Part shown: positions 47,835 to 61,105 of the stretch, piece by piece
How the letters are laid out: every line of letters starts with the position of its first letter
Numbering within the stretch: position 1 is the stretch's first letter
Origin: Podarcis erhardii
Lineage: Eukaryota
NCBI GenBank assembly: GCA_964252035.1
Contig: OZ176207.1
Reading direction: 5' to 3' (one strand)
DNA: 64,000 bases
Made by a program: the position numbers and the translations under genes
The notes under the pieces: generated by a model
Told to the model about the DNA's origin: nothing
Databases searched by the model: none
The model's input: only the letters and a program-made list of their open reading frames with translations

Positions 47835-50800
47835 GTTAGCTATACAAAGTTCAGTAGTTTCTTACGGGTCTGTTCCAAAGTTACTGGTTGCTTAAATAGT
47901 TGCAGCAACGGATATTTCACAACAGGGCTTGGATTTGCAAATCACACTGCTAAAAAGTTCAAAAGATGAGGCAAAAGTCATCAACACGACTAGGAACTGT
48001 ATGCAGTAAATCGAGCCTCTGCCTCTGCAGGTAAGGATAGTGAACAGGTTAATATGGACTTTGGAATACCTATGAGTGCAGACAAAGAATATCACCCTGA
48101 TAGTACAGCAAAGGTCTTCCGCAGCTGTCAATACTAGGCATTCCTTACTGAATTGCCTTTCTGGATTAGGTCCTGCATCTGCAAATAAATATTTCTTCCA
48201 GGGATGGGTGGGCAATCCATGTCCAGCACTTGGGCCTCCAATGAGGCATATGCATTCATGAATATAGAGATGGTCTTTTCTGAATGAATCTGATCACTCT
48301 CTTCAGGAGAGCCCTGCTCTGGGTTATTATATACCGCCTACACCAAGTAATAGCACCCAATGTGTGTAATTTCCACTCCAAAAACCACACACAGCAGCCA
48401 TTATTGCCACCTAATTTCCTCCTTTATCCCTTTCACTATAACCTATATTCTACCAGCATCCAACAGTTTTAGCCTTTTGGTTTCAAACTTTTTCCTAAGT
48501 AGGCCTTATTGGCCCATATAAAAAGTTTTAAAGTTTAACTATGATGTTTTCCCCTCCCATGCTGTGCTAACATTCATGGAATCAAACTAAGCCATATTCA
48601 GATTCGGCCCATTGAAACAAATGGGCTTTCGTTAATCAGGGTGGCTAATTTAAGTCCAGGGAGTTGTATCCAATAAAGTTGTCATTTAGCAGTACAGCTG
48701 TTCTGCTGGCGAAGTGTTTTGCGCTAGTGGAATGTTGTGCACGAGAATGCATATGCAGGTTGCTGGTAACTTTGTAGCACGAAAGATGGCATGAGCTGAT
48801 ATGCAACAAGTTTCTGCGGGTGCAGCTGTTGGGTTGGTATCCTCGTTGCGCAACATTCCATCTGCTTGCGCAACGGCCCTTGTGCTAGCAGATGGAGAAC
48901 GTTGGAAACAGTCCAGCGATTCCATTGGGTCTACTCTAAGAATGACTGAGTCAGATACCACCCCATATATTTATTTGAGTTTGTAATCTACCTTGCTTTC
49001 TGTTCAAAGGAAGGCAGGATAAAAAGACAGGAGAGCTTATGACTCTGTTCTCTAAAGAGCAGCAAGAAGAAATCAGGCTCTCTCAAGTATTCCAAAGTTT
49101 TATGTTGCTTTTTCTTTTTTAGGATTTAAAGTCTGAGTTGATGCTAGGTTGCCTGGATTTGAACCAGGTACCATAAATAATCTTTAGACTGACTTTAATA
49201 GGAGTTCTATTGACCCCTTTTATAAAATGTGCTGAGGGATACAGGCATAATGTACTCATGTGAATACGCATTTTTGAGGTTGGGAACATGGCCCATGCTT
49301 CCATATAATATAGTGAGAAAAGGTGGTTAACTAGCTCACGATATGCAGCGAAAAAATGAAACACAGAAGTGTAAATACCAGAGGCAAATAGAAAACGGCA
49401 GTTTGAAATATAAATTAAGAAAATGTCCTGGCTTGAGCGATCTCTGAGGGAAAGCTTTGAAGAGTAACTTCTTAGAGAGGCTTAGAGCAGGTTCCAAAAC
49501 CGATGGAACAAACAATGGCTGTGGCGGCGGGTAGAGAATGCCACAATGAATGGCAGGTCTTGGCAGAGTCCTTTATATCAGTAGAATAGACCACCTACAA
49601 AGCTCCAAACACCAACGAAGAAAGTTGCCACGTCTTGGAAGTTGCATAGGTGGAACTGCAATAGATTTCATAGATTCAAATTTCAACAAGCACAGCACAC
49701 GCAGACACAAATTATTCTGCTACTGCACTGGACAAAGGTACTTCAGATATTGTGAAACAGCCATGAAACACACTGTGTGACTTTGGGCCAGCCACTCTCT
49801 CTCTCTCTTGATCTATGGATTTAAAATTGCAACACAATAAAATGTGATTTTGTGTGTATTGCTCTGCTTTCCTTTGGACCACATCAGTGAAGCTGAGAGG
49901 AGGGCCTTGTCGTCTGGGCAGCCCAGGACCTCCATAAACACTGCCCAGACATGTAGCGTGGGGAGGTCCTTTTGGTGCTGCCATTGTCTCTCGAGACAGA
50001 CGGATGCCAATAACAACAAATGAATCCCACCTGAAAATAGCAAGTCTGGAAGCACCCTCAGAGGAGGAAAAGCAAGAAGAGGCCCAGGATTCCCTTGCCA
50101 CACCCCCACCTCCCCCAAGCATTAAACAATCTCAAACATTTATTTCTTTATTATTTCAGGTCTTCCACAAATCTGCTTATGTGAGGAGCAAACAGAATTA
50201 GGAGGGGGTAGCAATAGATGCCACATACGCCCACAAAGAGCTTCCACACCAGCAGGGACTGCAGATGTACAACAGGTTATTTTTACCTCAGATTTTCTGT
50301 GGTAAGGGGAAATCTGGCTTAAACAAAGAAAAAGTACAGGCTTGCATATTGATGACAATGACGTCATGCAGATGCTGTGAAGCATGAGCCGCAATAAGTT
50401 GACAACAAAAAGCCACAAGGAAGCACCCTCTGTCACACTTTGGTTGAATTTTTCACTTGTTTCAGCTGAATTTGGCGTTATCCTTTGCAATTGTATACTT
50501 GCTGTATCTCTTTACTCTCTTTATTTCCCTTCTCTCTTCCTCCTGCTCCCCCCTCCCCCCTCGCAATCCAGTTCATTCTTTAAAAAGCACATACCAAAGC
50601 ACTGAGCAATGAAAAGATGCTCTATCATTCATTATTAATTTGCGAAATAGTTGGAAATTGGTCTCCAGTGAGAGAGCGCAACTGCATTAAACGTTTGATT
50701 TGATTTTTTTGATTTTTTTTGTCTGCCTTCACATTTGTGGGGAAATCAAATCTTCATTGTATCAAAAATGGAAAATTAATTTCTGGGCAAGGAAGGCTAG

Positions 50801-50933
50801 AGATCTCTGGAGGCCTTTACTTTCCATTTCTCTACCTGCGGTTTGCCTTCTGACAGGTTGTATTGTTGTTGTTTCTCTTCCTGCCTGTCAGGAGTCAGAG
50901 CCGCCTTATCAAAGCTAAGCTCCAAACCGGAAT

Positions 50934-51114
50934 AAAGGTAAAGGTAAAGGTACCCCTGCCCGTATGGGCCAGTCTTGACAGACTCTAGGGTTGTGCGCTC
51001 ATCTCATTCTAGAGGCCGGGAGCCAGCGCTGTCCGCAGACACTTCCGGGTCACGTGGCCAGCGTGACGAAGCTGCTCTGGCGAGCCTGCACCAGAGCAGC
51101 ACACAGAACGCCGT
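50934..51114 (-). mobile_element. 5'-truncated Sauria SINE, different subfamily
   Basis: (AAAGGT)n tail and GGTACCCCTGCCCGT 3' region; 11-bp TSD TCCAAACCGGA at 50921-50931 and 51115-51125. Confidence 0.93.
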
Positions 51115-51573
51115 TCCAAACCGGACTAGGAGTTAGTTATTGACAGAAATAGATGCAGTGCTCTATCTCTCTCATGTCCCCACCAGTTTTAGTGGAGAGC
51201 CTCTGTCCTGCCTCTTTGAAATTGTGACAAAACAAGCCATTCAATTGCTGCATATAAAACTTTATGCTGCTGATAAACTCTCCCTTCCCCAGCCTCCTTT
51301 CTTGATTCACAAGTCAAAAATGGATACCCTATGATTTACACAGCATTCTTTCCCTTTTCAAAAAAGGGTATCACTCTCTCGCTCTCTCTTTTAATGAACT
51401 TTTTATTTCTAAAGAATTTAAAACAATATTTTCACCTACTCTTCCCCATGCATAACATAACATAGACGTATACAGCAACAAAAATAAAATACAGTATATA
51501 TGAGCAGCTTTATAAAATAGAGGGTTGAAGCCACCTGAGTTGTACTCAGAGTAGACCCACTGAAATTAATGGG

Positions 51574-51772
51574 GTTGGTTGGTTGGTTGGTTGGTTGTTT
51601 CATTTATATGCCATCTTTCCTTCCAAGGAGCTCAAGGTGGCAGGCATGGTTCCCCCCCCCCTCCTCATTTGACTTGCACAACAACCCTGTGAGGTAGCAT
51701 AGGCTGAGAGGCAGTGACTGTCCCAAGGTTACCCAGTGAACTTCGTAGTCGAGGGTGGGTTTTAACCCTAGT
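51574..51772 (-). mobile_element. MIR/CORE-related SINE (Squam3-like) with (GTTG)n tail
   Basis: CACAACAACCCTGTGAGGTAG..GCTGAGAGGCAGTGACT..CCCAAGGTTACCCAG resembles the MIR core with a central deletion. Confidence 0.7.
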
Positions 51773-51809
51773 ACACTCTGAATAAGACTAGCGTTAGATA
51801 CATCCCAAA

Positions 51810-51814
51810 GTCTG

Positions 51815-51865
<51 letters not shown>

Positions 51866-51890
51866 GTGTGTGTGTGTGTGTGTGTGTGTG
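51810..51890. repeat. Compound microsatellite (GTCT)n(CT)n(TG)n
   Basis: Read directly from the sequence. Confidence 0.98.
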
Positions 51891-52050
51891 TATGCTATAA
51901 CATATATGGTATGTCTCCCCTTGCCTAGAACCACTGTGATTGGGTCACCCCTGCTCTCCCCAGCTGCTGTCTTTCCGGGCACATCTTACAGCCCTAATTT
52001 AAAATTGACAAAAAAAACCCAATTTACAAACACACAAGTTGAAAGTGGTT

Positions 52051-52929
52051 AGATGACACCAAACTGGGAGGGGTGGCTAACACCCCAGAGGACAGGATCA
52101 CACATCAAAATGACCTTGACAGATTAGAGAACTGGGCCAAAACAAACAAGATGAATTTTAATAGGGAGAAATGCAAAGTATTGCACTTGGGCAAAAAAAA
52201 TGAGAGGCACAAATACAAGATGGGTGACACTTGGCTTGAGAGCAGTACATGTGAAAAGGATCTAGGAGTCTTGGTTGACCACAAACTTGACATGAGCCAA
52301 CAGTGTGACGCGGCAGCTAAAAAAGCCAATGCAATTCTGGGCTGCATCAATAGGAGTATTGCATCTAGATCAAGGGAAGTAATAGTGCCACTGTATTCTG
52401 CTCTGGTCAGACCTCACCTGGAGTACTGTGTCCAGTTCTGGGCACCACAGTTCAAGAAGGACACTGACAAACTGGAACGTGTCCAGAGGAGGGCAACCAA
52501 AATGGTCAAAGGCCTGGAAACGATGCCTTATGAAGAACGGCTAAAGGAGCTGGGCATGTTTAGCCTGGAGAAGAGGAGGTTAAGGGGTGATATGATAGCC
52601 ATGTTCAAATATATAAAAGGATGTCACATAGAGGAGGGAGAAAGGTTGTTTTCTGCTGCTCCAGAGAAGCGGACACGGAGCAATGGTTCCAAACTACAAG
52701 AAAAAAGATTCCACCTAAACATTAGGAAGAACTTCCTGACAGTAAGAGCTGTTCGACAGTGGAATTTGCTGCCAAGGAGTGTGGTGGAGTCTCCTTCTTT
52801 GGAGGTCTTTAAGCAGAGGCTTGACGACCATATGTCAGGAGTGCTCTGATGGTGTTTCCTGCTTGGCAGGGGGCTGGACTCGATGGCCCTTGTGGTCTCT
52901 TCCAACTCTATGATTCTATGATTCTATGA
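52051..52929 (+). mobile_element. CR1 LINE, 5'-truncated, young
   Basis: Starts in the (FA)DDTKL RT motif; 3' UTR ends CCAACTCTATG(ATTCTATG)n. Confidence 0.97.
52052..52849 (+). CDS. CR1 ORF2 fragment (RT C-terminal region), uninterrupted
   Basis: DDTKLGGVANT..DLDRLENWA..FNREKCKVLH..LYSALVRPHLEYCVQFWAP..RRLRGDMI..FLTVRAVRQWNLLP. Confidence 0.93.
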   Translation, partial: DDTKLGGVANTPEDRITHQNDLDRLENWAKTNKMNFNREKCKVLHLGKKNERHKYKMGDTWLESSTCEKDLGVLVDHKLDMSQQCDAAAKKANAILGCINRSIASRSREVIVPLYSALVRPHLEYCVQFWAPQFKKDTDKLERVQRRATKMVKGLETMPYEERLKELGMFSLEKRRLRGDMIAMFKYIKGCHIEEGERLFSAAPEKRTRSNGSKLQEKRFHLNIRKNFLTVRAVRQWNLLPRSVVESPSLEVFKQRLDDHMSGVL

Positions 52930-54088
52930 GAAACCATTTACAACATTTTAAGCAGGGCAATTAAAACAGCAACAGAACCCCTCAACAAAAACCCCTAAAC
53001 AGTAGACAGCTTGACATGCTACATTCCTTCAACAGAGACACACCTTATTTAATCCCAGTTCTGGGAGAGCATCTGGCACTTGTTGTGTCTGTGGGCCTGC
53101 ATCCATGGGTTGTGTGTCATTGCCCAATAGGGCTTCCTTTGTTGATACAAAAGGTGGCATGGTTAAGGGGTTAGAGTCCAGGATTCAGGATAGGCCCACA
53201 ATGTCCTTTTACTTGGACCTGCATATACATGAGAAGTCTGACTTTTATTACTGCTACAAGAGAACAGTGCTAAGTTAGATTGCCATCTTTGCTCAATGTC
53301 CACCTCTCCCCAGCAACAAAGAGGTTATAAACCAATAATCTGAAAAGGCTCTCCGCGTTCCTGTAGGAGTTACCCAGTGCAAATCTTCCCAGCGTGTGTC
53401 TTGTGTCCTGGGCACATGCATTTTTAAAAAGGAGTGGAAGAAATATTTGTGCTACTCTAAAGCTTCACTTCCCATGTGAACCGAATCAGATGTGAAGCAA
53501 GTTAAAACGTACAGTCCTGCCATATTTTGCATGAAAGTTTGTCATTTCTGTGCTAAGTCAAGAGAAAATGCTGCTGCTTTACATCTCCTGTGAAATGATA
53601 TATCAAAGCAGTGGAGCAGGAGGAAGAATTCTTCTCATTTTCAGCAAAGGAAGAGTATGGACTAGGTTAATGAGGATTTCTTTTATTTTAAAATATGTAG
53701 CTGCATTGATATCTCAAGGCGTTTATGCTAAAGTGCTGGTAGGGCCCCTAGTGGTCATTTAATGCCAGCGCAAATGTTTTGGTGTAGATTGAACACGATG
53801 CAGTATCTGCACTTGGTCTTCAAGCGGCTCCCTGCATAAAAGCATGAAATTACATGCCTCACCTTCCTTTCACTTCTTCCAAATTTGCACGAATTTGTTG
53901 TACAAGTAAGCATAAATATGGTCAAAACGCATCTTTGCAGGTCTGCAATGTTTAAACTTAACTATATGAGGAGAGATACAGGCAAGTTTGCGGCTCTGAA
54001 ATTAGCCTTGTTTGTTGGTGGTGCAGCCAATATTAAAGTCTGTGAGAGTAGTGAATAGAACAGACACAATAGTTCTAAAAGTGATATA

Positions 54089-54330
54089 CAGTGGTACCTC
54101 GGGATACATACGGTTCAGGTTACATACGCTTCAGGTTACAGACTCCGCTAACCCAGAAATAGTACCTCGGGTTAAGAACTTTGCTTCAGGATGAGAACAG
54201 AAATCGTGCTCCGGCGGTGTGGTGGCAGCAGGAGGCCCCATTAGCTCAAGTGGTGCTTCAGGTTAAGAACAGTTTCAGGTTAAGAACGGACCTCTGGAAC
54301 GAATTAAGTACGTAACCAGAAGTACCACTG
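54089..54330. mobile_element. Tigger/pogo-like MITE, family A (opposite orientation)
   Basis: CAGTGGTAC / GTACCACTG termini, TA TSD. Confidence 0.94.
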
Positions 54331-54770
54331 TATATATGATAGCAACTGTAATATTCTTGTCGATCTGTTTGCTTGTTTACGGCCTGTTGCATGGCAATAT
54401 CACTGCTCTACAATAACATTGCTTTAAAAAATACTTTGTTTTCTAACTGCCTTTGCCACATCTACAGACAGATCTCCAAATAACTTCAGCTCAGGAGCTG
54501 CTACACACTAGAAATCTCAGAAAGAATGTGTTGTGCATTGTTCTTGTCTTCTTTTTCAAAAAACTGAATCAGTAGAAAAATACACCTTAAATGTGGTATA
54601 ATAAACACAGTCTCGTGGAATATATGTGATTCATCTCCACCCCAATTTTTTTTTTAATGAGCTGCTGATATATTGCAATAAAAACCACTTATATCAGCAG
54701 ATGAGAAGTTATTGAGGGATATGGGAAGCAATGCATTCAAATGTAGTGTTATTAAGCAAACAAACAGCGC

Positions 54771-54958
54771 CATAGGGAGCTGCCTTATACAAACTCAAAA
54801 CATTTGTCTAACTAGCTCACTATTGTCTACACTGGACTAGCATTGCCTCTCCAGAGTTTCAAGACAGAAGTCTTTTTCAGACCTTCGTGGAAATTACAGG
54901 GATTGAACCTGGGGGCTTTTGGTGCAGAGCATGTTTTCTGCCACTGAGCTATGGTCAC
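54771..54958 (-). mobile_element. tRNA-derived SINE (family of 6352)
   Basis: Minus-strand head ACCATAGCTCAGTGGCAG..GGTTCAATCCC; tail TATAAGGCAGCTCCCTATG. Confidence 0.78.
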
Positions 54959-55758
54959 AGGAGAATATGCATGGCTAGCATACACAAACGGCATCTCAGA
55001 ACAGAACTACTTAAAATCCAAAAGCATCACTTTCACAGCAGTGTCCACCAGACTTGTTTGAGCCCAAAACTGGGCTCTAGTAGGACGAATCTATTTTGAA
55101 GGATGGAAAATCCAGCAATAGAGGCTTTTTAAAAGTCTCTGAAGTATCATACAAATCCCCATTTATAAGAAGACAATGTTTCCCCGTAGACTTTTCTATA
55201 AGTAGAATTGTATTGTAAAAGCCATCTGATGTAAAAAGAGAAGCCATATTTCACTTTTTAATAAATAGAGGTAGTGTTTATATGAATAAAAGGGGCCAGG
55301 GAGCTTTTTCCCCCTGGATGCATTTAAATAGTTCAAAGTCTCAGCCAGTTAATGTAGCCCAACATGCCCAGGAAAACCTTGAGATGTGGGACTACTGTGC
55401 GAAAACTTCATGGTGCCAGCCGAAATAATGAGAAATTTTATACTTTGGTGGTTTTATAATATAGCCAAGTAATTTCTGCCCTTTCCTCTAAATCTTGGCT
55501 CCTTTCTACAGAATGCTGTGGGGGTGGGGAGACCTGGTTTCAAAAGCAAATAATATTTTGCTAGGAAATGAGAGAAAGAGAATGGTGCCTGTACATTTTC
55601 CCGTCTGTGGCTAATAGTAATTCCCTGTGTCTTTGTGCTATTTGGGCTGAGGATGTGCTGTGGGGAGGAAAGTTCTTCCATGATGCCCCCCAGATGAAGC
55701 TGGAGTTCAGCTTCCATACTTCCTCATCAATATGGTCAGAGAGGATGGTAGTTTTAGC

Positions 55759-56352
55759 TAGGAATGGGGGAGGAAAATTATTCAGTTCGCACTTAAACAC
55801 GAATCTACCTAATTCACACTTTTTGAAACCACCTCAGAACCGAAATGTACTTCTCTGAATTTTGCCATGCTTTGTAATGTGTACAAAAATACCTATAACG
55901 GGGTGCATAAAAAGGCACTTATATATTAATGAAAATAGCACAAGAGTGCATTGGATTACAGAAAATTTCTTTGCATAAAATGTGTATACAGTGGTACCTC
56001 TGGTTAAGAACTTAATTCATTCTGGATGTCCGTTCTTAACCTGAAACTGTTCTTAACCTGAGGTACCACTTTAGCTAATGGGGCCTCCCGCTGCCGCCAC
56101 GCTGCCGGAGCATGATTTCTGTTCTCATCCTGAAGCAAAGTTCTTAACCTGAGGTACTATTTCTGGTTAGCGGAGTCTGTAACCTGAAGCATCTGTAACC
56201 TGAAGTGTCTGTAACCCGAGGTACCACTGTATTAGACAAAATTGCATCCAAGTGCGTATGTGAAAAGAAATTTACATTAAACGGCTTTGAATTTATATAA
56301 TGGTTTTTTTAAAAAAATGCAAACTGATGTGGAAATGTGTAAAACTGAACCT
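55759..56352. mobile_element. TAGGGATGGG-ended family element, interrupted by MITE A
   Basis: TAGGAATGGGGG start; collinear with 16297-16620 on both sides of the insertion. Confidence 0.6.
55989..56229. mobile_element. Tigger/pogo-like MITE, family A (nested)
   Basis: CAGTGGTACCTC / GAGGTACCACTG, TA TSD. Confidence 0.95.
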
Positions 56353-56945
56353 TAGGGTGCAATCCTATATACAATTAGTTGCCATAACGCAAGCCCCTTG
56401 TAAGTTATGCCAGCATGAAGTACAGCAGATCCCGATCCATTCAGGAGGAGAGCCACTGCTGCCCATACTGCCCTGAGCTTGGCAGGGGGGAAGCATGCCT
56501 TTTATGGGAGCAATCCTATAGCAAGATCTGCCAGGAGGAGTGGGTGAGGATGCAGTGAATCTCTGGCTGAGCCAGGCGGTACCTCATCTTCAGCTCAGCG
56601 GGAGAGACATCAGCTTATGTTCCCCAACCTGGCTTAGCTGGACCCAGTCTTCTGAGTCAAGCTTGGTGGATTTTAAGTTGGTGTTAACCCTGGAAAAAGG
56701 GTGTGCAGGGGGCCTGAGGGGTGGAGTCAGAGGCGGGGTGTTTGTGCAGGTTCCTAAGCCCAATCATGTGATCTGGTGAACTGGCATAAGTTAAGCTCGC
56801 AAGAAGAGTGATGCAACTAAAGCATTATTTTAAAGGCTGGTTTTCCCTGTGGCAGGTTTAGGCCAGCTCAGCCAATAGCAGTCCCACTGCTGAATGGAAT
56901 TTGGATTTGGTGTAACTTTATACCACCTTAACTTCCCAGGACACT

Positions 56946-57570
56946 GGTCCTGAAAGACCTACATTGGCTCCCACTACATTTCCGAGCACAATTCAAAGTG
57001 TTGGTGCTGACGTTTAAAGCCCTAAACAGCCTCAGCCCAGTATACCTGAAGGAGTGTCTCCACCTCCATTCTTCAGCCCAGACACCGAGGTCCAGCGCTG
57101 AGGTTCCCTCATTGCGTGAAGTGAGGTTGCAGGGAACCAGGCAGAGGGCCTTCTCGGTAGTCACGCCTGCCCTGTAGAATGCCCTCCCATCAGATGTTAA
57201 GGAAATAAACAACTACAGTGGTACCTCAGGTTACAGACGCTTCAGGTTACAGACTCCGCTAACCCAGAAATAGTACCTCAGGTTAAGAACTTTGCTTCAG
57301 GATGAGAACAGAAATCATGCAGCAGCAGGAGGACCCATTAGCTAAAGTGGTGCTTCAGGTAAAGAACAGTTTCAGGTTAAGAATGGACCTCCGGAACGAA
57401 TTCAGTTCTTAACCCGAGGTACCACTGTATCTGACTTTTAGAAGACATCTGAAGACAGCCGTGTTTAGGGAAGTTTTTAATGTTTGATGTTTTATCGTGT
57501 TTTTAATATCCTGTTGGGAGCCGCCCAGAGTGGCTGGGGGAACCCAGCCCGATGGGCGGGGTATAAATAA

Positions 57571-57636
<66 letters not shown>
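56946..57636 (+). mobile_element. L2-clade LINE 3' fragment with nested MITE and (TTA)n tail
   Basis: Collinear with 27165-27580 on both sides of the MITE; long (TTA)n at about 57570-57636. Confidence 0.92.
57216..57427. mobile_element. Tigger/pogo-like MITE, family A, nested in L2
   Basis: TIRs plus TA duplication within AACAAC-TA-TCTGACT of the L2. Confidence 0.95.
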
Positions 57637-58752
57637 TCCTTTACACTAGCATTTTGTGTCTTAATTTACACTGGGTTGCCAGATCATGTGACCGAGAACA
57701 GGCTTAAAATCCAACCTAAGTGTTCCCTTTCTGATCCTGCCCCCATGTTCCTGGAACACCCCTTTTTCACATCATGTGCCAAACCCTCTGACATGATGCT
57801 GCCCAAAACTGGGACGTCATCTTCGGGGACCGCACACCCGCGCAAGTCACGTGACGTGTGAGATTGCAGCTCCAAAAATCTCTTTTGAAGGCATGGTGCC
57901 CTAAAATCCTCATTTGGGCCACTGCATGAGATCGCTGCCCCCAAAAAAATCACTTGGGGAGGGGGCAAAATCATGGCCCGAGATCACGGTGCCCCAAATA
58001 GCTGCCGTGCTCTCACAAGAAAAAAATGGGATGCCCTGGTTTTACCTGGACAGTTGAGGGGTATTACATGCCAGCTTAAGATCCACTGAGCTCAGCTCCA
58101 CCAGATGGGTCTTGGCTGAGCCAAGGATGAGGGAGTTAAACTGGTACAGCTCAGCTGTGGCAAGAACTTCCCAGAGATCTGCCGGATTCTAACCCGCTCA
58201 TCCTAGCGCACCTTGCCCCCCATTTAGTGTGTGCTGTGAACTCTGAATGCAGTGTCTCCCCTGGGTAGTCTTTTAAGACTCATTATATGTAATGTGGAAA
58301 ATCTGAAACTGATCAATACCTGAAGAACACAGGGAATACAGAAGCAGGCTCCTGTAAGCTGGACTCATCATATTTATGGTGATCCAGCTGTCTGTTGGAG
58401 GGACATGCTGATGGGGAGGCATTGAGTGTTGTTGCCAGCTCTTAAATTGCATGCACTGTGTTTTTAAAGAGGGAGAGGGGTAATGAAGGGCAGGCAGAAG
58501 GAACACACAGTTTTTATAGATAATTGCAAGTTTTATTTAAAAGAACATAAAACTGCAAATAAACTTCCTTTGTACTAGTGTGAATATAATTTCCTCAAAT
58601 GCAAACAATCTGCACAATAATAGCACAGGGCCTTTTAAGTTTAGCAAACAGCCTGTTTCCCTAATGTTTTGAGAACTGATGATTTGTAAACTGAAGCAAA
58701 TCTTTTCAGAGTTTTCTTTGGGGGGGAGGGTAGCAAGGGCGAGAGAAAATAG

Positions 58753-58899
58753 CAGTGGCGTAGCGTGGGTTGTCAGCACCCGGGGCAAGGCAAGTAATTT
58801 GCACCCCCTAACCCGTGGATTTGTGCCCCCTAACCCTAACCCCCAGATGTTGCGTCCGGTGCGTCCGGCCCCCCCTGCACCCCCCACGCTACGCCACTG
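58753..58899. mobile_element. hAT-type MITE
   Basis: Perfect TIR CAGTGGCGTAGCGTGG / CCACGCTACGCCACTG; perfect TSD GAAAATAG. Confidence 0.95.
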
Positions 58900-59609
58900 G
58901 AAAATAGGGGTGTTAGAGAAATACGTTCCACTTCCATTTCAAGGTAAACACAACTAACTCCCACTTCAGTCTTCTTTGAATTGTTGCAATACATGTATCC
59001 AACACCCCCCCCCCAAAAAAAATAATCCTACAAAAATGAATACATTCTGGGAAGTGTACACATAAATCTGTATACCAGGGAGAACAATTGGGGGGAGATG
59101 CATTATCCTGGCCAAAAAAAAAATCCAAAATGTGAATATTAGGCAGAATTAATATCTTAGGAACAGTTTGCTTGCAAGAATGCCCTACTTCATATATGCC
59201 CACTCGACTACATCAGTCTGTGGAACTGGCACTGTTACAGGTGCCACACAGTACTCATTCTGCACCTGTAGGAAGTTGATATTTTAGTGTGGCAGAACCT
59301 ACACTTTGGAACTCTCTGCTGATTGACATCAGACAGACACATTCATTAAACTCTTTTCGGCACCTGCTAAAGACATTTTTGTAGAAGCTGTTGTGTGTTT
59401 CAATTTGGTTTTAGCTTATTGCCAATTTGTATATTATTTTTTAAAATGTTTTAAACACTTGTCTTTAACTGCTTTTAGTGATAATGTTATTGTTTTATTC
59501 TTTTTGCAAACCACTTTGAGGCCTTCTGACATGCCCAGGATTTTACACCCACTGTATTAAATCAAGCAAAGTGGGGTGGTCAGTTTGCCTCCCTGCTACT
59601 TCCTGGGTT

Positions 59610-59907
59610 CAGTGGCGTCGCAAGGGGAGCAGGGTGGCAGTGCACCCTGGGTGCCATGTCTGGAGGCACCCCGTAGGGTGCTCGCCCGCCACCCCTGGGC
59701 ACGGCGGCGCAAGCCGCCATCGCACCACCACAGCCACATGTGGGGGATCCCACCACCGTCCGTATGGTGCTCGGGAGGCACAGGCGGCAAACCACTACGC
59801 ACAATGCATGCACGGTCTTGCACGCATGCGCTGTACGTAGCGACACCACGCATGCGCAGCTGGCGGTTTGCCCTGCCCCAGGTGTCAGTAGCCTTTGTTC
59901 ACCCCTG
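59610..59907. mobile_element. hAT-type MITE (GC-rich)
   Basis: Perfect TSD CCTGGGTT; imperfect TIRs CAGTGGCG..AAGG / CCTTTGTTCACCCCTG. Confidence 0.82.
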
Positions 59908-60227
59908 CCTGGGTTCAGGAGTGATTCACACAGTCATTAGATTTGTGGCAATGGCTGAACATGGCTGCATGTGTCGGTTCTTTGCCCATGGCCAGCCAGT
60001 CACATGCTTTGGACAATCGGGTGCAAACCATAGAAAATGCAAGGTGCCGGCATGTGGCGTGTGAACCAGTCCTTGGTCATGTTTCTATTACAAACATAAT
60101 GACTATTGATTAACACCACTTTAATATAGCTTGCCGAAAGATTCTTCCCTCCCACTGATGCAGTGGCTCCTGCACATTTTATTAAGGGGACCCCCCCACA
60201 CACAACTGAGTCGAAGTCACTTGTCAC

Positions 60228-60357
60228 CAGTGCTGAGTTCAGCCTCCCCCAGCCTCCAGATGTTGTCGGATGCCAACGCCCATCATCCCATGACCAATGG
60301 ACAAGGATGATGGGAGCTGGAGACCACAATGTCCATTGAACACCAGGTTGGGAGAAT
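60228..60357. mobile_element. Palindromic MITE-like repeat (family of 33756)
   Basis: CCTCCAGATGTTG..CCCATCATCCC..GATGATGGGAGCTG..CCAGGTTGG. Confidence 0.55.
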
Positions 60358-61087
60358 ACTGACTTAGCTCATAGATGCAATGTCAACAGCGGAACTGGTC
60401 TGTGGCCATAATAATAAAATTCAATTCAACAGCCTAGTGACCCCACTTAGCAGATTGAGAACTACCATTCCTTGATTCAGCCACTTGCTCCTCTGTCCAT
60501 TATTTGTACCCACACAGAATCTGTAAATTATTTACTGGGTCTGTATGTTCCCCAAGCACTAGGTTCTATTTTTCCATGCATCAAATGCAGGGATAAACAT
60601 TCAGTGATTGTCTCTAAGGACAAATGTACTTTAATGAGAACATTTCTCACTGAGCAACATTGATTAGATTTGTTCTTTAGTGCTCTCCATGTTGAACCAG
60701 ACACCATTCTGATACTTCAGCCACCCAATGCTCCAAGAGAGATGAGATGGCACCCCACTTCTTTTCAGATGGATTGATAACTAGAGGTGAGTGAACCTGT
60801 CAGTTACGCTCAGTTTTATGCTTATTTGTTGACTTTGAATTGTATGGTTATGCTGTGTGAATTGATTTTATTCACCCTTTTGTACTTGTTCCTGGAATCT
60901 GTTGAGGAAAGGCAGTTAGGAAATTTTAAAATAATAATGAAATGAAATAAATGTCTTTGTTGTCCCTTAACAAAAGTTTTCTGGGGACCAAACAAGTAAA
61001 ATAATTTAGTATCATGAAAATCCAATATAACACAGAGGGCAAATCTACACTGGTCTGTTATAAAATTAAAAATGCATTATAAAAATG

Positions 61088-61105
61088 TGACACCAGAGGG
61101 CACTG
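61088..61105 (+). promoter_or_regulatory. Candidate CTCF-binding motif
   Basis: TGACACCAGAGGGCACTG closely fits the CTCF core (CCASYAGRKGGCRS); motif match only. Confidence 0.4.

Noticed and set aside
58818-58842. CCCTAACCCTAA as an interstitial telomere
   Set aside because: Only two or three units, inside a hAT MITE.
59571-60064. Cluster of overlapping ORFs up to 162 aa
   Set aside because: Caused by the GC-rich, stop-poor MITE at 59610-59907.
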